A DNA stretch of 64,000 nucleotides. Source: Octopus vulgaris. Lineage: Eukaryota. Below the pieces are notes generated by a model. It made no database searches. It saw only the letters and a list, made by a program, of their open reading frames with translations, and had not been told where the DNA came from. Within the stretch, counting starts at the first letter, position 1, and every line of letters begins with the position of its first letter. The stretch is taken from positions 2,356,001 to 2,420,000 of the forward strand of contig OX597817.1 in the NCBI GenBank assembly GCA_951406725.2, written 5' to 3'. Position numbers and translations under genes: made by a program. Of the stretch, positions 40,495 to 53,430 are shown one piece after another.

Positions 40495-41006
40495 TGATGA
40501 TGATGATGATGATGATGACGACGACGCAGCGAATACCAAACAGCATGGACGTGTGACAGCTAGTTATTCGGAAGATAGATCAAATCTGAAAGCCACACGA
40601 AGCAGGAATTAAGAATCTGCAAAAACAATGAAAGAAAACTATGCCTTAATGTAAGCCATCTCAGGAAGCTGAAAGATTTTTCTTATGTGGAGTATACATA
40701 TACAAAAAAGGAACTTTCTTCAGATGTACCGCCACAACAGTATGTGCATAAAAATGTAAGCACATGGACTACAATATTTCTATACAAAACTGCAAACCTG
40801 TGAGTAACATTTTTTGAATTTCAAATTTTTAATTTTAATTACATATACATCTATATTCATATAAGACGTCTGTATTTATGCACATTGCTGTTACTTCTTG
40901 GTCTCTCGCCGTTGCATCAATAACAGTTATAACTACGAAAGAAACATTAACACATGTCCATGGACGGTGTTCAGTTAAAACGTAAAAGCTGCAAAAAGGA
41001 ACCCAT

Positions 41007-41438
41007 GGATATTTTCGGTTTGAACGGCAGTTTTTTCTAGCGGTGTCATATGAAATTGTCACCCATAATTATGACCCTAGTATCGATCTATTACATTTCA
41101 ATCTATTTTAGGGTTAGGGTTAGTTAGGGTTAGGGGTGGGGGAAGGGTATCTTTTTTTCTTCCCAAATGTAAATAAACCCAATCTGTTTCTTAAACGAGG
41201 GACATATTCATACGGCACAGAATGTTTTTTTTACCCCAATAGACGTCAGTGATTGTTTGAAATTGCAGAAATTGAAGAAAAAAAAACAATTTAAAATATC
41301 TTACAAACTATAGAATTTTCTCAATGAAGCCAAGAGAAAAATATGTTTTATAAACACATTCTACCAGTATACGAAGTTTAAAATTTTTTAGTTACCTAGA
41401 AATTATGTTAAAAACTGCCGTTCAAACCGAAAAGTTCC
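41007..41438. mobile_element. MULE/Mutator-like MITE with internal TTAGGG repeats
   Basis: 29-bp TIRs GGATATTTTCGGTTTGAACGGCAGTTTTT and AAAAACTGCCGTTCAAACCGAAAAGTTCC. Perfect 9-bp TSD GGAACCCAT at 40998-41006 and 41439-41447. Confidence 0.9.
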
Positions 41439-42003
41439 GGAACCCATAACAAAAACATCCAAAAGAGAAAGATCAGTGGACAGTTAACCATAAATACTAT
41501 GAAAAGCAAGCTTAAGCCCATGGTACAGGCATTGGAAACAAGGAACAGGAAAACATGCCACCTATTGATAATGACATCTCTGAACTTGATGTTGATGTAG
41601 TCAACTTAAACCTGAAGTACTGGATGGCCGAACTGAAAATGAGGTAAGAGGAAGTAGGATGAACCTGAAGCTGCATATCGTCGTGTATTTCCATAACAAT
41701 TTGTGATGACATGCTCAGCTGGATCATAATATTTATTCAGACATGATAATTTTTTTCTAATTCCAAAGGCCGTAAAGTAGGCCGCAATTTTCACATCAAA
41801 TCTATGCTTATCACATGATACAGTGTTTCGATGAGATTTAAAAAAAAAACCCTGCTAGTCATATAATATGCTATTCACCAACACAGCCTGATATTGACGA
41901 AAGAGACTAGGAATGTCTCGTCCAAAACAATGTCAAATATCTTCAGCTAAAACAACTTTACAGCAACAAGTTACTGTAAATGAAAAACATTAAAAATCTA
42001 TCA

Positions 42004-42034
<31 letters not shown>

Positions 42035-42193
42035 TATGTACGCCTACACTCACGTATCAATCTATTATTTTCGTTAAACTATGTTGGCGTTTATATGACG
42101 CATTCACATTCTTTTTATATGTCTGTCTGTCGGTCTGTATGTATTTATGTACGTACGTATTAAGTATACATAAATGTATGAATACGTATAAAA

Positions 42194-42565
42194 TCGTAGC
42201 ACTCCGTCGGTTTCGGTTGATCCGATCAACGGCACAGCCTGCTCGTGAAATTAACGTGCAAGTGGCTGAGCACTCCACAGACACGTGTACCCTTAACGTA
42301 GCTCTCAAGGAGATTCAGCGTGACACAGAGTGTGACAAGGCTGTGGCCCTTTGAAATACATATACAACAGAAACAGGAAGAAAGGATGAGAGAAAGTTGT
42401 TGTGAAAGAGTACAGCAGGGGTTGTCAACGCCCCCTACCGGAGCCTCGTGGAGATTTAGGAGTTTTCGCTATTTAAACACTCACAACGTCTGGTCTGGGA
42501 ATCGAAACCGCGATCCTACGACCGCGAGTCCGCTGACCTAACCACTGGGCCATTGCGCCTCCACA
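42194..42565 (-). mobile_element. SINE family C, full length
   Basis: Head rc GGAGGCGCAATGGCCCAGTGGTTAGGTCAGCGGACTCGCGGTCGTAGG...TTCGATTCCC. Flanking direct repeat GTATAAAA. Confidence 0.85.
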
Positions 42566-42747
42566 TCTGTATAAAACATTACATATATACATACATATAC
42601 ATACACACACACACACACATATATATATATATGTGTGTGTGTGTGTATATATATATATTCCATGTATATATATATATGCATGTATATGTATATGTGTATA
42701 TATATATATATATACATACATATATACATGTACGCACGTGCGCACAC

Positions 42748-42824
<77 letters not shown>

Positions 42825-43231
42825 CACACATATGCACATAGATAAATGCATGCATATGTATTATACAATAATCTTGATAGCATTTCCGGCTCTGGCCAAC
42901 AGCTAACTTATAATCTGCACATTCTTCGCTACCATTAACTGTAATTATAGCCGTCTTATTAGTAATTTTATGTCACTTATCTTCTGAATCTGAAACTCTT
43001 GTCAAAGATTATAACTTAAATATTGCATGAATTGCCATTCATATCAGCAGATCTGGAAGCAAGTTAACATAACCTTATGATGATGATGATGATGATGATA
43101 ATGATCATAATAATAATAATAATAATAATGATAATAATAATATTGGGCTTCGTATATTTTACCCCAGTGTCACTTTGATGGCATGCACTGCTCTCTCACT
43201 CAATAATAATAACAATAATAATAATAATATA

Positions 43232-43322
<91 letters not shown>

Positions 43323-43325
<3 letters not shown>

Positions 43326-43654
43326 CTAGAATGTGGAACCTGAAAACAGAATAACTAGAATGTGGAACCTGAGATAACTAGAATGTGGAACCTGAAAACA
43401 GAAACAATTCCTATCATAGTAGGTGCATTAGGCATGATAAAAAAAATATTCAGACAAATACATAACAAAAACACCAGGACTTACAAACACATATAACATA
43501 CAGAAAATTGCACTACTAGGCACTGCACACATCCTACGCAGAACACTTTCCATACAATAACCATCAGAGCATCACAACAAATCACAGCACATACCCAAGG
43601 CACACAGAGCTGCGCTCGGTAGTGAAGTGAAAGCACGCTATAAAAATAAAACTA

Positions 43655-43660
<6 letters not shown>
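43323..43660 (+). mobile_element. R4/Dong-like LINE 3' end inside (AAT)n
   Basis: Encodes TRMWNLKTETIPIIVGALGMI...IQKIALLGTAHILRRTL. Long (AAT)n on both sides. The 5' 19-27 nt are present three times. Confidence 0.85.
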
Positions 43661-43746
<86 letters not shown>

Positions 43747-44059
43747 TAATAATAATAATAATAATAATAGTAATAATAATAATAATAATAATAACTAGCT
43801 GGACCCCTGAAATCATAAAAAATGTAAACATCTGTAAACAGTGTACTGGTGCCATGAGAAATGTGCGTCTGTTATGACCGTCTGTCATTATGTTCTGAGT
43901 TCAAATTCTGCCGAGATCGACTTTATCTGTCGTCCTTTCGGGGTCAATAAATTAAGTATCAGTTATGTACTGGGGTCGATCTAATCAACTGGTCCCCTTC
44001 CCACAAAACATTCAGGCCTAGAAAAGTATATTGTGACAGTTACAGAATATAGAAAGTAA

Positions 44060-44292
44060 TGTAACACCAATAACTATATAATCCAACCAAAGTATCTCTC
44101 ATTATTTACATTATTTACATTTGACGGATATTTATCCTCATCTTGTTTTTTGTTAACACAACGTTTCAGCTGATATACCCTCCAGCCTTCATCACGTCAC
44201 TGCCTGGAATCGAACTCGGAATCTTGGGGTTAGTAACCCGCGCTCTTAACCACTACGCCATATATCCGTGGCCATATGGCGTAGTGGTTAAA
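44060..44292 (-). mobile_element. PLE-type terminus: truncated hammerhead, tRNA-like head and inverted junction
   Basis: rc TGATGA-AGGCTG...CAGCT-GAAA-CG-TT at 44155-44194. tRNA-like TGGCGTAGTGGTTAAGAGCG...GTTCGATTCC at 44200-44262. 18-bp inverted arms at 44246-44291. Confidence 0.6.
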
Positions 44293-45142
44293 ATATCTCA
44301 GTTATACAAACGTAAACGGAATTACTATTTAACCTTAAAATATATCGTACATATTCAAAGAACCTTAATGTACAAATTGAAATGCAAAAGAATGAAATAA
44401 TAAATGGATTTATGAAAGTCTGGTAACTGCGTTTATTTGCACAACGCGACATTTTTTATTGCAAACATGTTTTAACTAATCTAAAGTATACAAACACAAA
44501 AACATTCATATATATGTCTCGAGTTGTAGTTGTAGCTGTCATATTCTGTGTGAGGTTGAATCTCCCTGTGAACTACGTTAATGTTATGCATGCCTGTGGA
44601 GTACGCAGCCATTGTGAGTTAATTTTATCCTCGTGTGGTAATGAAAAGTGAAACTGCCATCCAATATTTGCTGTGTATATGTATCTATGTATGAACTTTT
44701 CTTTGGATTTATGTATCTACTGTTTCTCTCTCTTTCTCTTTCACTTCTTTTGTGTCCCTCTTCTCTCTCGCTTTTGATTTAAAAATGTGTCTATGTATCT
44801 ATTTCTCCTGCGATGTGATAAACATTAAAAAACACAAAACAAACACCGTTACCACTCACTGTCTCTTTCATTATCATTCTCTCTCACTTGTTCTCTCTCT
44901 CTCTCACTCTCTTTCTTTTCTCTTCTCTGAAACATTTAATACACAAAACGAACTCCGTCACAACTCACTGTCTCTTTCACACTCCCTCTTACTCTCTCAC
45001 TTTCTCTCTATCTCTTTCTTTCTCTCTCACTCTCTCTTACTCCCTCTATTTTCTCCTCTCTCTCGCTTTGCCACTTCTTTGAAGTATGATACACACAACG
45101 GATACGTACAAAAAACAAAATGTTAGCGTATTAAGATTATTG

Positions 45143-45255
<113 letters not shown>

Positions 45256-45265
45256 AATAATAATA

Positions 45266-46459
45266 GAAAAGTAGAAAACAGGAGAAAAGATCTGCCAATC
45301 CTTAACAATTACACAATCAACACTACTAAGCAACAGGAAGATAAGAATACATTACAGAGAAAGGTATACCTGAGGTAAAAGAACAGCTAAAGCAAGATAT
45401 CCTTGCCAAAGCACAATGGATCCGCCGGTATGAGAAACGCCAACGTTTCTTTGAACAAAACAAACAGTTCAACCCCAACTCCAAAAGATTCTACCAAGAA
45501 CTTGGCAAAAATAAAATAGACGTCAATGCAGCACCACCAGCAGAAGAAGTGGAAGAATTTTGGAGAGAAATATGGTCGGTGAGGAAAGAAACAGACAAAG
45601 TAAAACCCCAGCATTGGTTGAGAAGCTCAGGACTCAAAGCAGAGACCGAACGATTTTAATTGCTGTACAAGACCAAAGCCTCCCCACCAGAAATTACCAA
45701 AAACATGTAATGAAAAGAAATATAACAAGTAACTACAGAATATGTGGGGATGGACAAAAAACAATAAATCATATTGTCTTTGGCTGCCCAGTTCTGGCTA
45801 AGAAGGAATATATTCACAGACACGGTAGAGTTGAGACCTACATACACTCGAAGCTATGCTAACACTGTGGAATAACAATAGAAAAAAGATGGTATAAGCA
45901 CACTCCAGAAAAGCTCACAGAAAATGGGAAAGCAACAGTACTGTCGGATATGACAATACACACACATAGAGAAATTAAGACCAACAGACCAGATATAGTT
46001 GTCAGAGATCATGAAGAAAAAAAATGCTTTGTAATTGATGTATCAATACCAGCAGATGGCAACGTTTCACTAAAACAAATGAAGAAACTTTCAAAATACA
46101 AAGACCTGGAGATAGAGGTAACTCGAATGTGGTGTCTAAAAAGCAGAAACAATTCCTCTCAGTGGGCGCATTAGGTATGATAAAATTTGGAGCAGGCGAA
46201 CAGTTAAGACCGTGCCTATAATAAGTGATGCTTTGGAAACAGTAAGCCAAGATATAGACAAATGGCTGAAGGATATTGAAATGGAATGCTCGGTAGAGCT
46301 CCTACAGAAAGTTTGTCTCTTATTGACAGCAAGGATTATCAAAAGGCCTCTCTAAGCACTTGAAGGACTGCTGAAAACGTTTGGATACCAAAGGTTACAG
46401 ATAATAATTTGCTACCCACGTAAATCCTTCCAGGAATAAAGCCTAACCTGAGTCAAACC

Positions 46460-46460
<1 letters not shown>
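45266..46460 (+). mobile_element. R4/Dong-like RLE LINE, internally deleted (no RT), in (TAA)n
   Basis: N-terminal EQLKQDILAKAQWIRRYEKR...EEFWREIW. C-terminal QDQSLPTRNY...RICG...INHIVFGC (degenerate CCHC knuckle) and NRPDIVV...IDVSIP...KLSKYKDL (PD-(D/E)xK nuclease). (TAA)n on both sides. Confidence 0.88.
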
Positions 46461-46526
<66 letters not shown>

Positions 46527-46928
46527 AATGGAGAAATTTTCAAAATACAGAGACCCGAGAATAGAGGCGCGAGTGATTGAAGATTCCATCAAAAGATAAA
46601 ACGCAACACAAAAAAAAATGAGATAAGAATCTCCGATAGCAGAGCAGTCCATCTCGAGTAATTCGGGGATATCCCTTGCTAAAATCCCCGATTAACAAAA
46701 ACAATAGCAAGAACATCAACAATAGAAACAGCGGCAATAACATGAACAAGAAAAGCAATGATAATAATCTATTCTTCTAAAGGCGAAAACTCTGGAATTT
46801 GGGTGGGAGGGTCAATTGATTACACCGACTCCACTGCTCAACTGGTATTTATTTATCAACCCCACCGGAAAGATGAAAGGCAAAGTCAACTTTGTGGGAA
46901 TTTTTGTCCAACAATTCTTTCTAATATA

Positions 46929-48192
46929 CAGGGGTTGGACAAAATAATGGAAGCAACTTAAAATTTCAAACAAATCTATTTTAATACGAGGCAGGACCGC
47001 CTTCAACAGTAATTACAGCTTGAATTCTACGACGTATGGACTCGTACAAAGTTTGAATTGTTTCCAAAGGAAGTTTTGTCCATTCTTCAGCTAAAACAGT
47101 CTGCAGTTCTTGTAGTGATGATGGTGGAAGATATCGACTCCTTACTTGTTTTTCTAAAATGCACCATAAATGTTCAATAATACTGAGATGTGGGGACTGT
47201 GGTGGCCAGATAGGGTGTTTAACTTCACTAGAATGTCCCTTGTACCATTCAATAACAACCTTAGCTGTGTGAATTGGTGCATCATCATCCTGAAAGATTG
47301 CATTTCCCTGATTGGATGAATTTGATCAGATGAAATGCTTAAATAGTCTTGACTATTAATACTGCCATGAAGCGAAACCACTGGGGCGGTGGATTTCCAA
47401 GATGTAGCCCCATCCCCAGATCATCAGGTCATCCAGGATATAGAGCCCCGCCCCTAGATCATGTTTAACAGTTGGAAGAAGGCAGTCTGGGTCAAATGCT
47501 TCTTTTGGCTGTCTCCACACATATACTCGGCCGGTGGTCGGAAATAAGGTAAGGGATGATTCGGCCGAGAAAATAGCATTCTTCCACTGCTCTAGGGACC
47601 AATTTTGTAGGTTTTTATTCAGATCGCTTTGCAATGTTTCTTTTTGAAAGTGGTGGTTCTCTGATAGTAGCTCTGACATGAAATCCGGGTTTGAGCATCT
47701 CCCGGCGAACAGATTTTGTGGAGACTGGGTTCTCCAGGTGGTCCTGAAGCTCCCCAATAATTTTGGGAGCTGTACTTTTGTAATCCTTTCTAACAATTCA
47801 CGTAAGAGTCCGATGGTCCCTATCTGAAAGTTCTGGTTTTCTTCCGGAGTTTTATTTCGACGAGGAGGTTTTTACCTCTTTTTCAAAGGCTGTCATTAAT
47901 TTCGAGACAGTACTTCTTGGTACACCAAACATTTCAGCTGTTTTCGACACGCTGCCGCCTGCCCTAGGAGCACCAACAATTTGACCTCTTTGAATTTCCG
48001 ATAGATCTGTCATTTTAATGAATTTTAATTACCTTTTCCTGTTGATACCTGAAACGAAACACCAATTTTAGCAAAACCTATTAAGCAACAGTAATAATAC
48101 ATAAAAAAAAACAAAAATAAACAAACTTTTGACGGTTTTATAGATTTTTCAAAATTATGATGTTATGATGCTAGGTGTTTCAATTATTTTGT
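46929..48192 (-). mobile_element. Tc1-like transposon, decayed
   Basis: TA then TIR CAGGGGTTGGACAAAATAATGGAA; the other TIR is truncated (GTTTCAATTATTTTGT). Transposase starts MTDLSEIQRGQIVGA at 48013 and contains WKNAIFSAES...TVKH. Confidence 0.88.
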
Positions 48193-48194
48193 TA

Positions 48195-48525
48195 TAAAGT
48201 TACAAAGCCTGAAGTATTGTGGGTGAGAGTGTTACTCGAGGACATCAACCCCAGTGCTCAACTGGCACTTACTTTATTCAAAGTCGAAAGGTTGAAAGGC
48301 AAAGTCAACCTTGGCTATAGTGATAATTCTTTCTACTATAGGCATAAGGCCTGTAATTTTGGAGGAGGGCGCTAGTCTATTGCAATGACACTCTAGTGCT
48401 TGACAGGTGTTTATTTCATCGACACCGAAAGGATGAAAGGCGAAGCTAACCTCGGCGAAATTTGAACTCAGTACATGAAGACGGATGAAAAGCCGCTAAG
48501 CATTGTGTCCGTGCGAACGATTCTA
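48195..48525 (-). mobile_element. Two adjacent SINE family D copies
   Basis: GAAAGGATGAAAGGCxAAGxxAACCT...ATTTGAACTCAG motif. Other copies near 28770-28880, 43850-44030, 46770-46905 and 63450-63810. Confidence 0.7.
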
Positions 48526-48641
48526 TATACCTTACGCGGTTAAAACACACATTTCTCACACACAATCTCTAAGGACCACTTCCGAGGAAGGTATATGGAA
48601 ACTCTACCGGTTTTTTAAACACGCAAGTGTAAATATCCATA

Positions 48642-49040
48642 TCTTTATATATAAAAGTGAGGTTGTGTGCTGTCTGTCTCTTACGATTTAGATTCCTAAC
48701 TACTCTCACATTTTACGGTGCAGTTTAACCAAAACCGGGTATCTTATAGTCATGATTCATATCGAGCCCTTCTGGGTATTAGCGCGCGTTTACGATGAAT
48801 CTACGATTTAAAAAAAAATTTACCATCAATTTTTCCCATTTTTAATGCATTTTTGGCATATATAAGGGAAGTAACTCTCTAAAAATTTATTATTAAATCT
48901 CAGAACGTAAAAAGCTATAGTAACACCCCCACCCCTTTGTGGTTAGCCATATTGAGATGGCTATTATACTTTACATCTCTAAAAATGCTTATATAGTTAT
49001 TTCCCTTACAAACCCGAGCAACGCCGGGCGATACTGCTAG
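48642..49040 (+). mobile_element. Non-autonomous Helitron
   Basis: 5' TC after A, subterminal hairpin CCCGAGCAACGCCGGG, 3' CTAG followed by T. Inserted at A|T with no TSD. Confidence 0.88.
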
Positions 49041-50143
49041 TGTTACATAAATTTCTCAAAATAAAGAGCATCCATATTCCAGAATGTCCTCCAACTACAG
49101 CTTTCTTTTCTAAATTCGAATGTTCTCGGTCGTTGCTAGCTGTGAAATGCGACTGTGAAAACAGTAGGGAGCCGAGTCTGCCGTGCAAAATATATGGTTT
49201 GTCGAGAAAACTAATCACAAGACATGATTTATTGCTACATGACCATTCAATGCCTCCTGTATCATATGACATCATTGGCCTTTTCTAATGAGTCTTCTAA
49301 ACTATAGGAAAAAGTACAGCTGAAAACCACGCACATTTGCCTGAAGGTCACGAGTCCAACGTAACCCGTCAAATTTCGAATTGTAGCTTTATTGGGGCCT
49401 CAGCATCTCCGTCTCTTGTGTCCCAGCTTAGGCTGTACAGTGCAATTTTGGGGGTTCTCGTCATGGCTGTTTTTGAAGCGATCATTTCGGCTGTGACCAA
49501 TTGTTATCGATCTTCTCCAATTCCAGCATAATTTGATCTCACCCCCGCCATCTTTCCATGACGTTGGCGATACTTTCAACTCCCACTAATCATGTCGCTC
49601 TCTTAACCAATGCAGATTGTAAGGCTTATAGTTAACTATCATGAAAACTTAAAATATTCTATCTATCTATCTATCTATCCGCTCAGTCGAAGTCAACTCT
49701 CGGTTACTCGATGGATCAGTTACCTCCAGCCAGTTCCATCCTGGGTCATTTCTTTCAGATTGGCTATGTCCATTCCCGTGTCACTCTTGATGGTGTCAAG
49801 CCAGCGGGTTCTTGGTCGGCCTCTTCCTCTCTTGCCACAGACCATTCCGAGCATGATGTCCCTCTTCAGGGATTTTCTCCGCATAATATGACCAAAATAT
49901 GCCAATCTATGCTCGGTGATACTAGCTTCTAGCAACAGTTTCAGCTTGATTTGGTTAAGAACTTTTCCATTGATGAGCCTCGCTGTCCATGGAATCGGGA
50001 AAAGTCTTCTCCAAGACCAAAGCTCGAATGCATTAATTCTCTTCTGGTCAGCTTTCTTTAGTGTCTACGAATCCTGTATCTGGTATCATAACAAAAACAC
50101 AATCTGGTGGCATAATGCAGTTTGTCCAATTTTGACATTGGTA

Positions 50144-51421
50144 CGAGGGGCGTTCAATAAGTAATGCCTCTGACCCACTTGCAGTTGTTTGATCTAGCTG
50201 AAATTATCTATATCTCTATAGATTCAGTGGTAAATTACAGCTCTGAACTAATTGTGGTTTCTGATTTACAGGTGTTTGAACTGAGTCAAGTGTGAAATGA
50301 AGCCTGTTGAGTGTCGGGCAGTGATCCGCTTTTTATATTTGAAAGGACGCACACCACGGGAGACTTTTGATGAAATGAAAGTAACTTATGGTGATGATGC
50401 CCCATCATATGACCTTGTAAAACGCTGGCATCGTGAATTCAAACATGGTCGGAACTCTGTGGAAACAGCTCCCAGATCTGGTCGCCCCCTACTGCTATTG
50501 ATGAGGCATATGTCCATCAAGTTGAGGCTGCCATTTTGGAAGATCGACGCATAACTATTCGCCAAATAGCCCATGAGGTCAAGATTAGTACCGGGTCTGT
50601 AGAAACCAATCATTCATGACCATTTGCATATGCAAAAGGTGTCTGCCAGATGGATTCCCAGGTTGCTCACACCGTTCCGGAAGCAAGAATGCGTCGAGTG
50701 CTCGAGGAGGAATTTGGAGATGTGCCAAGAAGATGAGTCAACATTTTTCAAAAGACTGATTACACAGGATGAAACCTGGGTCCATCGCTATGATCCAGAG
50801 ACAAAAGCCCAGTCAATGCAGTGGAAGGGCCGTGACTCACCCCCTCCAAAGAAGGCAAGGGTGCAGCCCTCCACTAGCAAGGTCATGCTCATAGTCTTCT
50901 GGGACCAGGACGGAGTAGTAATGACAGATTTCCTGGCAGAGGGTACCACAATTGCAGGAACCTATTATGCTTCACTTTTGATGAAATTAAGAGAAGTTAT
51001 CAAAATCAAGAGGCGGGGCAAGATCAGCAAAGGCATCCTCCTCCTGCAGGACAACGCTCCGGTCCACAACTCAATGGTCACCAGATCAGAAGCACAGGCG
51101 TGCGGCTATGAACTCCTCCCCCATGCCCCTACTCTCTTGACCTTGCAGCCTCAGATTTTCACCTCTTCCCAGCCATGAAGTTGTTTTTGAAAGGAAAGCG
51201 TTTCCCAGATGATGCAGCCTTGATTTCTGACGTCACGTCGTGGTTGGAGGACCAAGCTGGGGTCTTCTACAAAAACGGTCTCCAGAGCTGCATCAAACAA
51301 TTGTAGAAATGCGTAACTCTGGTTAGTTTCTATGTAGAAAAAGACTAATAACTGTGCCAAGTTTCGTTGCTCTACTGCTATGGGAAGTGGGCCAGGGGCA
51401 TTATTTATTGAACGCCCCTCG
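50144..51421 (+). mobile_element. Full-length mariner transposon (~1.28 kb) with frameshifted transposase
   Basis: TA TSDs and TIRs CGAGGGGCGTTCAATAAGTAATGCC / GGCATTATTTATTGAACGCCCCTCG. Motifs WIPRLL, ITQDETW, LQDNAPVH and (after a frameshift) YSLDLAASDF give a DD34D-type triad. Confidence 0.95.
50297..51347 (+). pseudogene. Mariner transposase pseudogene
   Basis: ORFs 50297..50554 and 50624..51178 plus a C-terminal frame. At least two frameshifts and one internal stop. Confidence 0.9.
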
Positions 51422-52739
51422 TATATTCAGGAATTCCAGTATGCACCTATCAGATAATTAGTACTGCCTTTGTATTTTTGCGAGATTTTTCTATTAGCTT
51501 TCCGTAAATGATTCCAGAGTTTATCTAACATGTCATTGCAGCCGTCCACTGAGTTACTTAGATTTTGATGGAAGAAAACGTCTTACCTCCCAACACTAGT
51601 CTGAAGGCTCTGTCTTTCAGACTTTTTACATCCAGGACTTCTGACTTAACCGCTTGATCCCAGAATATTGCATCATTATTGTCATCCCGTTCTATAGAGA
51701 GCAACCGATAAAAATGTACCCCGAAATCACTCAGAAGAGGCGCTAGTAAGTTCATTCTGGAGTTCCTAGTCTCACTGACGGCTATCATATCTACATATAG
51801 AAATCTGAGGTTGTGAAGCTGTCTTCACTTAGGCAACCAACTCTCAATAGGATTTTAAAAAAAAGAAGATTAAAATGAGTTAAGGGAAATAACTTAAGTT
51901 TGTGAGTCGCATGGATTTAATTAAGTTTAAAGTGTGATGTACTGCATGGCCTATGTCATTCAGTACATCTTTTCTGAAGTTATATTGACTTGGAATACAG
52001 GCAATATTGACTGATGCCACTTCATAAGGCAAACCGCTCAATACAAATATCTTTGGAAAAGATTATCTTAAGATCGGACAGACTGTCGGAATAATAGAAT
52101 TTACAACACGACTTATTGGTTGTAAAAATAAAATGAAATAATAGAATGCCTCTCTGTGTTCTAATTTCTATGGAAATGTAGGTTGATAACGAAAGTCTTG
52201 AAATCAGCTACCAGGATATACGTCAGACAATGCTATAAAATATAGTTATAAAGATATGAGTTGTCAAGATTAGCTTATTGCGTATTATGAATATAAAAAG
52301 TACAAAATTATAGCTTTAAAAATCAAGTAATGAATATTTTATTATCAGTCTATCGGAAGCTGGTGAACACAATATTACAAGAGGTAGAATTGATGAACAT
52401 TAATAAGTATTCATAGATTCGATCAGATATCTCAAGAATGTATACAAATAATGGAAGTTGGATATCAATAATGGAAATATCACGAGATTGCACGAAATTA
52501 ATAACATGAAATATAATTGATGTGAAATACGAAAAAAAGAAAAAAACACGAACAAAATGCTTCAGTATTGACTATTTTATCTTTTGCTTTCAATCATCAA
52601 GTATGTAATGATAAATTATCCAATGTAGATTTAATTATCATGTTTCTTTTTTTCCATAAAGACAGTTGTTCTTGATTTAAGTGAAATTTTGTTGCTATTC
52701 CTGCTTATTCTAAAATTAGATTCGTTTATATTCAAAATG

Positions 52740-52950
52740 GCTTACATCTTTTATGCTTATCTTTTACTAGTTTCAGTAATTGAACAGTCTCCACGCTGGG
52801 ATAGCATCTCCAAAGGTTTTCGTCAAACAAATCACCCCCACCCCCACATTTACTTTTTAACCGTTAAGATATGAGGATATGAACAAACCAACAACGGTTA
52901 TCTAGAGGGAATTGTGAACAAACACAACACACTCACAAAGACAGACACTG

Positions 52951-53043
<93 letters not shown>

Positions 53044-53430
53044 ATATATATATATATATATATATATACACAACTGAATTCATTCAGTTTCCGTACACCT
53101 AATCTACTCACAAGGCTTTGGTTGACCCACCCAGGATGCGTAAATACAAGAAAAGAAACACGAGCCAAAATAAAATAGCATTCGCGAGCGAACAACGACA
53201 TCTTGTATCCTTTACCTTTTACTTCTTTCAGTCATTAGACTGCGGCCATGCTGGGGCACTATCTTAAAGAGGTTTTAGTCGAATGAATCGCCCCAGTATT
53301 TATTCTTTTACTTGCTAAACTTGATACGTATTCTATCTTTATCACCGAAACTTTAACTTACAGGGGCATAAACACACCAACGCTTGTTGTCAAGCAGTGG
53401 TGAGGGGAAAAAACACAGACATATACACAT
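52740..53430 (-). mobile_element. Two decayed SINE family A copies
   Basis: Tail TTTCAGTCATTxGACTGCGGCCATGCTGG with CA tracts, at 52740-53125 and 53215-53430. Confidence 0.65.

Larger units (their letters stand above)
49660..51790 (-). mobile_element. RTE (BovB-like) LINE, internally deleted, split by a mariner
   Basis: 3' end RLAYFGHIMRR...GKRGRGRPRTRWLD with a (GATA)n tail at ~49660-49679. APE-like MIAVSETR remnant at 51558-51788. Confidence 0.75.

Noticed and set aside
41108-41142. TTAGGG run as a telomere or chromosome-fusion relic
   Set aside because: Only about four units, and internal to a TIR element with a 9-bp TSD.
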